Of a DNA stretch of 31,817 nt, positions 5,764 to 14,866 are shown piece by piece. The notes beneath the pieces were generated by a model that did no database searches, was not told the DNA's origin, and saw nothing but the letters and a program-made list of their open reading frames with translations. The DNA lies in the IMG/VR virus record IMGVR_UViG_3300035670_000097, positions 62,001 to 93,817 of that record; one strand, written 5' to 3'. The DNA is from an uncultured virus (IMG/VR IMGVR_UViG_3300035670_000097). Taxonomy: Duplodnaviria > Heunggongvirae > Uroviricota > Caudoviricetes. The stretch's first letter is position 1, and each line of letters begins with the position of its first letter. Both the position numbers and the translations under genes were made by a program.

Positions 5764-6132
5764 ATGACAAAACCAGTTCGAGATTTAGTAAAATATGTTC
5801 GAGACAAAGCAAAAGCAAGGTACAATCGAGGAAACAAGTGTTTCGTCTGTGAATCATCAGATAATTTAGACTTTCATCACTTCTACAGTCTAACTGAGTT
5901 GTTGAATGTGTGGTTGCGAAAAAATCGCATCACCGTAAAAACAGAAGAAGAAATTTTAAATGTTCGAGATTTATTCATAGAAACGCATACACGAGAACTT
6001 TATGACGAGGCTGTTACGCTTTGCCACTCACATCATTTACAATTACATTCGGTCTATGGAAAAAATCCTGGGCTCGGAACCGCTGAAAAACAAAAGCGAT
6101 GGCTGGAAAAATTAAGAAATGGCATGGTATAA
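5764..6132 (+). CDS. HNH nicking endonuclease, T5-like (between terL and portal)
   Basis: CFVC..LDFHH..VTLCHSHHLQLHSVY..AEKQKRW; T5 synteny. Confidence 0.85.
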   Translation: MTKPVRDLVKYVRDKAKARYNRGNKCFVCESSDNLDFHHFYSLTELLNVWLRKNRITVKTEEEILNVRDLFIETHTRELYDEAVTLCHSHHLQLHSVYGKNPGLGTAEKQKRWLEKLRNGMV

Positions 6133-7336
6133 CTTTCGCAAAACAGAGAAGTTGAATCCAGCACAGCCGAGTATCGCTTTATCGGAAGGCAGCGTTATTG
6201 AATCTCGAGAGATTGTAACAAATTATCGAATTCAATATGAAAATTTAGAAGTTGTAAATCGAGCAGTAAACATGCTCGTAGACGACATTGCAGAAATTAG
6301 CATTGCTGTCAATGAGCGTTTAACAGGAATCGTACCAGCCGCACGCCCAACCGTGGAAACGGGTGCGGTAGTTCCGGTTTTTCGACAAAAGCAAGTTTAC
6401 AATCTTTTAAATTTACAGCCCAATCCTTATCAAGATATTAATAGTTTTCGTCGCAATCTTTTTGTTGACTATCTTATCGACGGAAACATCTTTGTATACT
6501 TTGATGGCGTGTATTTGTATCATCTGCCCGCCAATCTGGTAGAAATTATACCAGACAAAAAGAACTATATTGCAGGCTACACCTATGATGGTCTGCTCGA
6601 TTTTAAGCCGTGGGAAATCATTCACGTTAAAGAAAATTCGTTTTATTCGATTTATCGTGGAGTTTCTCGCTTACGCCCAGCTTATCGCACTATGCAGCTT
6701 CTTTCGAAGATGCGTAAATTTCAGGACAACTTCTTCGACAACGGAGCAGTACCTGGACTAGTCATTAAAAGTCCTAGCACTTTAAGCGATAAAGTAAAAG
6801 AGCGTATGTTGCAGTCGTGGCAAACTCGCTATCGGCCCGACGGCGGAGGCCGCCGTCCGATTATTTTAGACGGTGGACTTGAAATTGATAGCATTAGCAA
6901 TATCAACTTCAAAGAAATGGATTTTCAGTCTTCCGTCAATTCGATTGAAAATATTATATTGAAAGCAATTGGAGTTCCTCCATTGCTTTTGGACTCGGGC
7001 AACAATGCAAACATTCGTCCGAATCATCGACTGTATTATCTGGAAACTGTAATTCCAATTCTTCGAAAGTATATGTTTGCTTTTGAAAGATTTTTCGGTT
7101 ACAATCTCACAGAGGATGCATCGAATATTCCAGCATTGCAACCGGAGTTGAGCGAACAAGCGCGTTACTATTCTACTTTAGTAAACAGTGGTATTATAAC
7201 GCCAAACGAAGCTCGACTGAAACTGGGCAAGCCTGCACTTGAAGGATTGGATGAAATTCGAATTCCTCAAAATATTGCAGGCTCCTCTGTGAATCCCGCC
7301 GTAGGCGGGCGGCCCAGTGAAGAGGAGCGAGCGTGA
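6119..7336 (+). CDS. portal protein (T5 pb7 / HK97 family)
   Basis: KLNPAQ, LLNLQPNPYQ, FFDNGAVPG, GVPPLLL, GIITPNEAR. Confidence 0.95.
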   Translation: MAWYNFRKTEKLNPAQPSIALSEGSVIESREIVTNYRIQYENLEVVNRAVNMLVDDIAEISIAVNERLTGIVPAARPTVETGAVVPVFRQKQVYNLLNLQPNPYQDINSFRRNLFVDYLIDGNIFVYFDGVYLYHLPANLVEIIPDKKNYIAGYTYDGLLDFKPWEIIHVKENSFYSIYRGVSRLRPAYRTMQLLSKMRKFQDNFFDNGAVPGLVIKSPSTLSDKVKERMLQSWQTRYRPDGGGRRPIILDGGLEIDSISNINFKEMDFQSSVNSIENIILKAIGVPPLLLDSGNNANIRPNHRLYYLETVIPILRKYMFAFERFFGYNLTEDASNIPALQPELSEQARYYSTLVNSGIITPNEARLKLGKPALEGLDEIRIPQNIAGSSVNPAVGGRPSEEERA

Positions 7337-7668
7337 GCTACGATTACATCTCCGGTACGCTCGGAGGAGCAATGCGACGTCGTCGTCGGCGTCCTCGTGT
7401 TAGATTTGCGTATAAAACGAATAATGCAATCGAATTAACACTTACAGCTCGCGGAGAACAAGAATTTAATTTTGCATCGTATTTTAGCGGTGAAAACTTA
7501 AGTTTTAGTCTAAGCGGGGATACAGCAAATCTTTCTATTGATGAAAGCACTGGAATTGCCAATACATCACTAGTGCCAGAAGGAAGCGCGGTTTACAACT
7601 TCTACGTGACTGCAACCAGTACACTCGGAAGTGTTCAATCGCCTGTCTTCGTGCTAAGTACGGAGTAA
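7333..7668 (+). CDS. Ig-like / beta-sandwich protein with N-terminal poly-Arg, putative head decoration
   Basis: LSIDESTG, YNFYVTATSTLG Ig-type pattern; position of T5 pb10. Confidence 0.55.
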   Translation: MSYDYISGTLGGAMRRRRRRPRVRFAYKTNNAIELTLTARGEQEFNFASYFSGENLSFSLSGDTANLSIDESTGIANTSLVPEGSAVYNFYVTATSTLGSVQSPVFVLSTE

Positions 7669-7670
7669 TT

Positions 7671-7946
7671 ATGACAAAAGGACAATTACTTGAAACCATT
7701 GCAAACTATTTTGTTGCAAAAGGTAAATATTTAAATATGCGAGAGTACAAGCAGCAGCCTGACTTTCCTGTAAGTCCGAACTTAGTACTTCGTGCTTACG
7801 GATCGTGGGGTCGTCTACCGAGCAAGATCAAGAAGTATTATCCTGATATTGCAGCTAAGATTGGAGCGCCTGTGGCTGCCCCTAAGCCTGCGCTCAAAAA
7901 AGCAAAGGTAGCTGAGCCTGTAAATGAGCAAAGCAGCGAATCTTAA
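7671..7946 (+). CDS. small helical protein with Pro/Ala/Lys tail, putative capsid-binding decoration
   Basis: PVSPNLVLRAYGSW helix pattern; position between portal and protease. Confidence 0.55.
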   Translation: MTKGQLLETIANYFVAKGKYLNMREYKQQPDFPVSPNLVLRAYGSWGRLPSKIKKYYPDIAAKIGAPVAAPKPALKKAKVAEPVNEQSSES

Positions 7947-10209
7947 GACAGGAGACTATGTAAAGTGGAATTCGTCTGGCGGCATAGCCAAAGGACGAAT
8001 TGAGCACACAATGAAAGAAGGCGTGTTAGGAATTCCTGGTAGTAGTTTTTCGATTACTGCTACAGAAGAAGATCCGGCAGCTTTAATTCGTATTTACAGG
8101 GACGGTAAAGAGACTGAAACTCTGGTAGGCCATAAGTTTTCTACTCTTACTAAAATTTCCCGAGAAGAAGCTTTAAAGGCTGCGGACGGAATTAATATCA
8201 TGACAAAAAATTTCTTTTTAGATACAGAGTTTAAAGCCTATGTAAGCGACGACGGGGATACTTACATTACAGGGCTTGCCAGTACTCCGGAAGTAGATCG
8301 CACTGGCGATATTATTGAATCGAATGCATGGTTAAAAGGCGGACTGGAAAATTACAAGAAAAATCCAGTAATTCTTTTTAATCACTCTTATGCGAAGCCA
8401 ATCGGTAAAGCGGTAGAAATTCAAACCGATGTAGAAGGCTTACGAATTAAAGCTAAGATTTCTCGTGCTGCGGGCGAGATTTTAGATCTTATCAAAGATG
8501 GAGTCCTTGGAGCTTTCTCCGTTGGTTTTCGAATCAAGGATGCCGATTATATGCCAGAAACCGACGGATTTCGTATCAAAGATGCAGAGTTGTTTGAAAT
8601 TTCAGTAGTATCTGTTCCTGCAAATCAATCTGCAATTTTTTCTTTGTCAAAGTCCTTTGAAAGCTCAGAGGAATATCAAAGTTTTAAACAGACCTTTATG
8701 AATGACGGCCTAGACGGGTTAGAAGAGAAAGTAAATGCTGAATCTTCGAGCGCCCCTGCGCCGGGAGAAGCGACTTCAGTCGCAACTATGGAGATAAAAA
8801 AGATGGATCCAAAAGAGTTAGAAGCACTAGTAGCTTCTGTTGCAGAAAAAACTGCACAAACATTAGCTGCTGCACAAGTCGAGCGTGAAGAAAAGTCTCG
8901 TCTTGCTGCCGAAGAAGCTGCTCGAAAAGCATCGGAAGAAAAGCAACTCTCCGATAAAATCTCGGTAGCAGTTACTACGGGGGCGGAACGACTTGTTGCA
9001 GATATTGAGAAGCGTTTTGCTGATAAGAACGCTGATCTGGAAAAGATCGTTAGCGATCTTCGCAATGAAATTTCTGAGAAGTCTCATGAAATTATGCAAA
9101 TTCGTGAATCCAAGCGAATTTTTGCCGATCGTGCAGATGGCGACTGGAAGAAGGCTTTTGCAAAAGATGCGGATGACGCATTTATTCTTGGCCTGGTTAC
9201 TCGCAAAGGCTGGCAGCAGACTTCGCTGGGTCGCCAACTGGTTGAGAAAGTTAACCAGCATTCTGGCGTTGAAGTTTCGAGTGCCGACTTTGAACAGACG
9301 GTATCGACGAACATTGAGCGTGATATTCAGAACGAGCTGATTCTGGCTCCTCTGTTCCGCGAAATTCCGATGACAGCAGCTAGCCTGATTCTGCCGATTC
9401 TGCCTGACGCTGGTTACGCAGAGTTTACGTCTTCGCAAGCTGCTGGCGGTTCTTCGCCGAAAGGTAACTTAGATCCGCGTTCGAATGCTTATGGTTCGCC
9501 CTACATCGGTGTTACCATGTCCGAGCGTGTACTGACAACCAAGAAGCTGATTTCGAAGAGCTATCTGGGCAACGAGACAGAAGAAGATGCAATTCTTCCG
9601 ATTCTGCCTCTGATTCGTGAGTCGATGGTTCGTTCGCACGCTCGTGCAATCGAAGCTTCGATTCTCGTAGGTAATCACGCTGACGGTCCTTTTGGAACTG
9701 GTGGAGCTTCGTATGACGGTCTGATTACTCTGGCCGCCGCTGATAGCGATAAGACTCAAAGCTCGACTGTAACGTATGCAAATACGGTCTTTACAGCAGC
9801 TGATCTGCTTGGTCTGCGTAAGAACATGGGCAAGTATGGCGTTCGTCCGGAAGACGTTGTTTACATCGTTAACCAGCGTACCTACTTCGAACTGCTCGAA
9901 GATGCTGAGTTCCAGGACATGAACCTGGTTGGAAATCTGGCTACGAAGATCAATGGTCAAGTTGGTCAGATCTATGGCAGCCGTGTTCTGCTCTGCGATG
10001 AGTTCGCAACTCCGGCTGCTGGAAAGTATGCCGCTATCGCAGTCTATCCGCGTAACTTCGTTGTTCCGCGTCTGCGTGGAGTTACGATTGAATCGGATTA
10101 CGATGTTGAGAATCAGCGTCGTGTGCTGGTTGCATCGCAGCGTCTTGGCTTTATTGATATTATCGACGGAGCTACGTCTAAGTGGGCACTTCAGTACCCT
10201 GGTTCGTAA
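7924..10209 (+). CDS. fused Tudor-like domain + HK97-type prohead protease + scaffold/major capsid protein (T5 pb11 + pb8 like)
   Basis: PVILFNH..PIGK, FSVGF, LFEISVVSVPAN protease motifs; coiled-coil delta domain; VEVSSADFEQTVSTNIERDIQNEL resembles T5 pb8. Confidence 0.95.
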   Translation: MSKAANLKTGDYVKWNSSGGIAKGRIEHTMKEGVLGIPGSSFSITATEEDPAALIRIYRDGKETETLVGHKFSTLTKISREEALKAADGINIMTKNFFLDTEFKAYVSDDGDTYITGLASTPEVDRTGDIIESNAWLKGGLENYKKNPVILFNHSYAKPIGKAVEIQTDVEGLRIKAKISRAAGEILDLIKDGVLGAFSVGFRIKDADYMPETDGFRIKDAELFEISVVSVPANQSAIFSLSKSFESSEEYQSFKQTFMNDGLDGLEEKVNAESSSAPAPGEATSVATMEIKKMDPKELEALVASVAEKTAQTLAAAQVEREEKSRLAAEEAARKASEEKQLSDKISVAVTTGAERLVADIEKRFADKNADLEKIVSDLRNEISEKSHEIMQIRESKRIFADRADGDWKKAFAKDADDAFILGLVTRKGWQQTSLGRQLVEKVNQHSGVEVSSADFEQTVSTNIERDIQNELILAPLFREIPMTAASLILPILPDAGYAEFTSSQAAGGSSPKGNLDPRSNAYGSPYIGVTMSERVLTTKKLISKSYLGNETEEDAILPILPLIRESMVRSHARAIEASILVGNHADGPFGTGGASYDGLITLAAADSDKTQSSTVTYANTVFTAADLLGLRKNMGKYGVRPEDVVYIVNQRTYFELLEDAEFQDMNLVGNLATKINGQVGQIYGSRVLLCDEFATPAAGKYAAIAVYPRNFVVPRLRGVTIESDYDVENQRRVLVASQRLGFIDIIDGATSKWALQYPGS

Positions 10210-10227
10210 GAACTTAGGCGATACTAG

Positions 10228-10259
10228 GAAGGAGAGGGGTTTCCCTCTCCTTCTTTATT
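10228..10259 (+). terminator. intrinsic terminator after capsid gene
   Basis: GAAGGAGAGGG-gttt-CCCTCTCCTTC-TTTATT. Confidence 0.9.
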
Positions 10260-10298
10260 AATCTGATTTCCATATCAAGTTTTTTACAAGTTGATTAT

Positions 10299-10877
10299 AT
10301 GAGCGCAAATCTTATTACTATAGAAGATTATAAAACTTTGATGGGAATTACAGGCGTAAAGGATGATGAAAAACTTTATGTACTTATTCCCAGCATTAGT
10401 CAGCTTGTAAAAAACTACTGTGATAATACGATATTAGATTACTACTCCACTCCGTATACGGAGTATTTTGATATTCAGTGGGATACTTACACTGTTCAGT
10501 TAAAGTATAGCCCAATTGTTACTGTATCGCAAGTTTATGAGCGAGAAAGCCAAACTTCTGAATATCAATTGTTGGACGCAAATACAGATTATTGGATCGA
10601 CCACATTTCTGACAGCGTATTTCGTACTGATGGATCGGGTCGGTACTCAGATTGGAAGAAAGGTGTTGGAGCTGTTAAAGTTATTTACACAAACGGCTAT
10701 GAAAATACGCCGGAAGATTTAAAGCTTGCTGTAGTTGATCTCATTACTTATTATCTAAAGGACGAAAGAAAAGAACGTCGCAGCCTTGGAGCTGCAACAA
10801 TTTCTTATGCAAAAAACGCTAATGATGGCAGTTTTCCTGATTACATCAAAAGAGTTTTGGATATGTATAGAACATGA
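10299..10877 (+). CDS. head completion / head-tail adaptor (T5 p144-like)
   Basis: LITIEDYK, VKVIYTNGYENTPEDLKLAVVDL, FPDYIKRVLDMYR. Confidence 0.88.
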   Translation: MSANLITIEDYKTLMGITGVKDDEKLYVLIPSISQLVKNYCDNTILDYYSTPYTEYFDIQWDTYTVQLKYSPIVTVSQVYERESQTSEYQLLDANTDYWIDHISDSVFRTDGSGRYSDWKKGVGAVKVIYTNGYENTPEDLKLAVVDLITYYLKDERKERRSLGAATISYAKNANDGSFPDYIKRVLDMYRT

Positions 10878-12217
10878 GCAAAACAAGGTTAAATAGGTTA
10901 TTAACAGAGTTAGAAACTGGTTTATCTGAAAATTTTAGAAAAATTATAGATTATAATAACTTATGTTTTCAATTCAGCGTAGCTCAGGTAGAAAAAGAAA
11001 TCAAAGATGAATTAGAATTGATAGGACAAGGACAAAAGCTACGAAACGGTATAGTAAGCCTTATTGCCAGAGAAGCTGTAGTAAACTTAAAAAATGCATT
11101 TACAAAAAGCAACAGTCCGACTCTAGTCAAAGATAAAGCAGAAAGAGCAAAAGAAGTAGCGGCAGGAAAAATATTTTTATCTAATAAAAGTGGTACTAAT
11201 ACTTTTAGAGCTTTAACAGAAATTTTAAAGCCTGTTAAAGCAACGATAATACAAAGAGTAAGAATTGCCGGAGTTTCTTTACCTACTGGTCCAGAAGGAG
11301 AAGAGTCTCAGTTTTTTAATATTGAGCACTTAACCACTGTCTCCGATATACGAATGGCAGACGTTATACTTAAGGCGGCGGGCAGCAAGAAAAAAGCAAC
11401 AAATTTAATAGGTAAAATAAAACAATTTTCCTCCCCCGAAGCTAAAATTATTTTTGACGAGTTTATTTTAACTGTAATAAATCAAACCAAAGGTAACAAA
11501 GGAACTATAGAAAAAGACCTAGAATTAAAGTTAGAATGGAAGTCGGAAAAAAGAAACAAGAAAGAGGGAAGAGAAGAAATCGCGGCAAGAAAAAGAATTT
11601 TAGTCGAAGAATTAAAAAGAATTATTAGCGAGCAAATTAAGCATAGACAAACTCTAGGGGCCTCAGATACAGTCGAAGAATTAACAAGTAAAAAAGTTAC
11701 TGCTCTTATTGACGAAGCGATAGCAGATACTCCCAAAATAAAAAAAAAGTTTAGAAATACAAAAATAAAAAATACAACTACAAAAGCAAAGAAAGTTGTA
11801 AAAGTACCGTCTAAAATAAAGGCTAATAAAAGCGCGCGCATGGGCCCTTCTGGCATTTCTTTACCGGAGAAAAAAGCAATGCCCGAAGTACAAGGACCAA
11901 GCGCTCTAGAGATGCTAGCGTATATTAATTCTAGATTACCGGATACTGTAGCTAAAAATATGGACTTACCAGGGCTACAATATCAAACAGGCCGCTTTGC
12001 TCAAAGCGTAAAAGCGCTTAATGTACTAAAAACTAAAGGTGGATTCCCTAGCATTGAATATACTTACCAACGAGATCCTTATCAAGTATTTGAAATGGGA
12101 GCAGGAAGAGCTCCATGGGCAACGCCAGATCGTGACCCAAGAAAACTAATTGATCGGTCTATTCGTGAAATTGCTGTGGAGCTTTTGACAGGTAGACTTT
12201 ACACACGGAGAGTTTAA
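10874..12217 (+). CDS. tail completion / neck protein (T5 p143-like C-terminus)
   Basis: LQYQTGRFAQSVK..YTYQRDPYQVF..RDPRKLI; synteny. Confidence 0.75.
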   Translation: MSKTRLNRLLTELETGLSENFRKIIDYNNLCFQFSVAQVEKEIKDELELIGQGQKLRNGIVSLIAREAVVNLKNAFTKSNSPTLVKDKAERAKEVAAGKIFLSNKSGTNTFRALTEILKPVKATIIQRVRIAGVSLPTGPEGEESQFFNIEHLTTVSDIRMADVILKAAGSKKKATNLIGKIKQFSSPEAKIIFDEFILTVINQTKGNKGTIEKDLELKLEWKSEKRNKKEGREEIAARKRILVEELKRIISEQIKHRQTLGASDTVEELTSKKVTALIDEAIADTPKIKKKFRNTKIKNTTTKAKKVVKVPSKIKANKSARMGPSGISLPEKKAMPEVQGPSALEMLAYINSRLPDTVAKNMDLPGLQYQTGRFAQSVKALNVLKTKGGFPSIEYTYQRDPYQVFEMGAGRAPWATPDRDPRKLIDRSIREIAVELLTGRLYTRRV

Positions 12218-12672
12218 TGACCGAAGCAAGACTGTACACAACCCGAAGGCTTGCTATTGTAGGAGCAATTGTAGATAAGCTTGCTCTTATTAATGGCGAC
12301 GGGGTTTATGTAACAGACGTTGGTGGAAACGTACATCCTCGCCTTAAGTACTGGGATGAAATAGAAGAATTTCCTTCAATTTGTGTAAACGCCGGAGCAG
12401 AGACTCGAGAATATCAAGGTGGCGGGTACAAAGATCGTTTTTTAAATGTAAAAATTACTTGTTATGTAAATGAAGAAGATCCAGTAAGCGCTCTAGAAGC
12501 CTTAATGGAAGATGTGGAAACCTGCCTCGAAGAAAACAGTAGACTAATGTATACTACAAGATCAGGCAAGGTAGGCTATACGCAAATGATCACAATATTA
12601 AGCTTAGATACCGACGAAGGAGTAATGGCTCCTTTAGGAATTGGCGAAATATTGTGCGAAGTACGATATTAA
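12217..12672 (+). CDS. tail terminator (T5 p142-like)
   Basis: EIEEFPSICV..ETREY, TDEGVMAPLGIGE; position before tail tube. Confidence 0.82.
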   Translation: MTEARLYTTRRLAIVGAIVDKLALINGDGVYVTDVGGNVHPRLKYWDEIEEFPSICVNAGAETREYQGGGYKDRFLNVKITCYVNEEDPVSALEALMEDVETCLEENSRLMYTTRSGKVGYTQMITILSLDTDEGVMAPLGIGEILCEVRY

Positions 12673-12723
12673 TTTTGAGCTTACTAGTAAGCTCAATGCT
12701 GAGAAATCAGTTCGGAGAAAAAA

Positions 12724-13950
12724 ATGGCGGAAAAATTACAACTTAGTAGAAATACTAAAGTTTATATCAGAGATGTGGACAGCACTCTGACGAATGCCAC
12801 CCCCGTATGGTGGGAACTGCCTGTATTAGACGGGTTTGCGTTTAGTCAAGGTACAGAAAGTATCGAAATTACACTGTCCGAAGCAGCTGATTCCAATAAT
12901 AACACGCGTCGCGGTAAGCTCGCGTTTAACACAGCGTTGGCTCCTGTAGAATGGAGTTTAACAACCTATGTTCGTCCCTTTAAGAGCGTAGGCGGCCGCA
13001 CAGCCTCCGTCGGTGGATTTGTAGACAACGTCGCGGGGTATGTGCACGCTGTAGAAGAGCCTCTCTGGGCTTATATGGTCATGGGAGCTGGAGAGACTTA
13101 CACTTCGAATACAGGCAGCACTCGGGCAGCCGGCAATAACTGGGGCAGCACAACGACTGGTGTATGGTCGAATACTAGCCTTATGAGTATTGACTTTGCA
13201 AAGTCGAACAAGACCGCATTGCGTACATTTGAAATGTACTTTGCAATGTCTTCGACGGGTACGGGGTCTCCGGACACTGTTTATCGGTTAGTGGATGCTT
13301 GTGTTAACAGCGTAACTATTGACTTTGATATTGAAGGAATTGCACAGTTGCAGTGGGCTGGATTTGCAAAGCAAATTACTCATGCAAACTCTGCTCCGTT
13401 CTTGTCTGGAACTGCAAATAGCATTACAGAAGCAGTAAACTCTACAAATACATTTATTCGTAATCGACTTACTACTGCAAACGTTGGCACGAAGATGACA
13501 AACTTTGGTGGTGACGGTGTTAATAATAAGTATTACAATATCATTTTGACAGGTGGTTCGATTACCATTGAAAACAACATTACTTATTTGACCCCAGAAG
13601 AGCTTGGAAAAGTAAATATTCCTCTTGGTCATGTAACTGGAACTCGCAGCGTTTCGGGAACTTTTACAGCTTATCTTGACGACGACACAAGTGCAAACAG
13701 CTCTGGTGCATTGTTACGGGACATGGCTGCAAATACTAGCGCTGCTCGTAACGAATTTGCTGTATTGTTTTCGATTGGTGGAGCAACCGCTCCCAAAGTT
13801 GAGTTTAATATTCCCACAACTCACCTCGAAATTCCGACGCATAATATTGAAGATGTGATCGGTGTTGAGGTAAACTTTATGGGACTGCCCACAGATATTT
13901 CGAATACAAACGAAATGTCGGTTCGTTACTATGGAGTTGTACCTGCTTAA
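12724..13950 (+). CDS. major tail tube protein (T5 pb6-like, apparently without C-terminal Ig domain)
   Basis: LQLSRNTKVY, EITLSEA..RRGKLAFN, EWSLTTYVRP, ENNITYLTP; RBS GGAG. Confidence 0.92.
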   Translation: MAEKLQLSRNTKVYIRDVDSTLTNATPVWWELPVLDGFAFSQGTESIEITLSEAADSNNNTRRGKLAFNTALAPVEWSLTTYVRPFKSVGGRTASVGGFVDNVAGYVHAVEEPLWAYMVMGAGETYTSNTGSTRAAGNNWGSTTTGVWSNTSLMSIDFAKSNKTALRTFEMYFAMSSTGTGSPDTVYRLVDACVNSVTIDFDIEGIAQLQWAGFAKQITHANSAPFLSGTANSITEAVNSTNTFIRNRLTTANVGTKMTNFGGDGVNNKYYNIILTGGSITIENNITYLTPEELGKVNIPLGHVTGTRSVSGTFTAYLDDDTSANSSGALLRDMAANTSAARNEFAVLFSIGGATAPKVEFNIPTTHLEIPTHNIEDVIGVEVNFMGLPTDISNTNEMSVRYYGVVPA

Positions 13951-13959
13951 AAAAAGTAG

Positions 13960-13988
13960 TTGACTTTTAGGTAGTATTAACTTATAAT
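13960..13988 (+). promoter_or_regulatory. late-region promoter TTGACT-N17-TATAAT
   Basis: Preceded by AAAAAAAGTAG like the other late promoters. Confidence 0.85.
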
Positions 13989-13995
13989 AGGTAAC

Positions 13996-14026
13996 AAATA
14001 GAGGGAGAATTTTCTCCCTCTATTTT
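13996..14026 (+). terminator. hairpin terminator after tail tube gene
   Basis: AAATAGAGGGAGAA-tt-TTCTCCCTCTATTT(T). Confidence 0.8.
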
Positions 14027-14057
14027 ACATAACAATAAAAATTTTTTGGAATATATT

Positions 14058-14489
14058 ATGACAGATTCAATTTCTTTATCTACGCTTTTAACGCCAAGCA
14101 AAACAGTAAGTTTTGAATATCCTGGATTTCCCGGCTTTTTTGTAGACCTTTGTTTTTTGTCTCGGGACGAAATGTTAAAACTGCGTAAGCGTTGTGTGAC
14201 TACAAAATTTAATCGCCGTACTCGTCAGCCTGAAGAAGAGCTGGACGAGGACAAGTTCGCTGTAGAGTATACTCAGGCTGTAATCAAAGGTTGGAAGGGT
14301 CTCAAAGTATCTTACTTAGAAGAGCTTCTGTTAGTGGATACATCGTCGCTTCCGGCAGATATGAAAGAGCTTGTCTACACTCAAGACAACGCAATCACTC
14401 TGATGAAAAACAGCTCAGACTTTGATACTTGGGTTGTGGAAACTGTGGGTGAACTTGCAAATTTTTCGAAAGCCAAGTCGAAGAAGTAA
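14058..14489 (+). CDS. tail assembly chaperone (gpG equivalent)
   Basis: Between tube and tape measure; YPGFPGF, IKGWKGLK; ATG at 14058. Confidence 0.85.
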   Translation: MTDSISLSTLLTPSKTVSFEYPGFPGFFVDLCFLSRDEMLKLRKRCVTTKFNRRTRQPEEELDEDKFAVEYTQAVIKGWKGLKVSYLEELLLVDTSSLPADMKELVYTQDNAITLMKNSSDFDTWVVETVGELANFSKAKSKK

Positions 14490-14866
14490 GTAAACTTATT
14501 CGACGACGCATAAAGCAAGAATCTGACATATCAATAGAGAGTTACCTAGCTATATGTGAACAGCTAGGTCGCCTGCCTGATCCTGACAAAATGCCACTGA
14601 CCGACGCTGATTTTCCCGCGGAGGCTCAAGTGGCATTTTTTATTTATAGTTATTTGCCAGATCGTTGGGACGGAGCTTCCGGAGCTTTTATGGGCAAAGA
14701 CTGGTCTTCTCTTTCTACTATTTTTGATTTATTTGAAATTGAAGACAGAAGATTTATTTTTCAGCTTATAAAGATTATAGAAATAACTTCGATAGATGCG
14801 ATAAATGATAGAATTTCTCAGAAGCGAAAATCTTCTGAAAGAGCTGCAAAAGCTAGAGCACAGTAA
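14465..14866 (+). CDS. tail assembly chaperone, -1 frameshift extension (gpT equivalent)
   Basis: -1 frame open from slippery A AAT TTT (14459-14465) through the ORF-track ATG at 14591; YLAICEQLGRLPDPDKMP. Confidence 0.85.
   Translation, partial: FESQVEEVSKLIRRRIKQESDISIESYLAICEQLGRLPDPDKMPLTDADFPAEAQVAFFIYSYLPDRWDGASGAFMGKDWSSLSTIFDLFEIEDRRFIFQLIKIIEITSIDAINDRISQKRKSSERAAKARAQ

Noticed and set aside
8676..9960. Antisense and alternative-frame ORFs within the capsid and other structural genes
   Set aside because: Shadow ORFs from codon bias; no motifs or RBS
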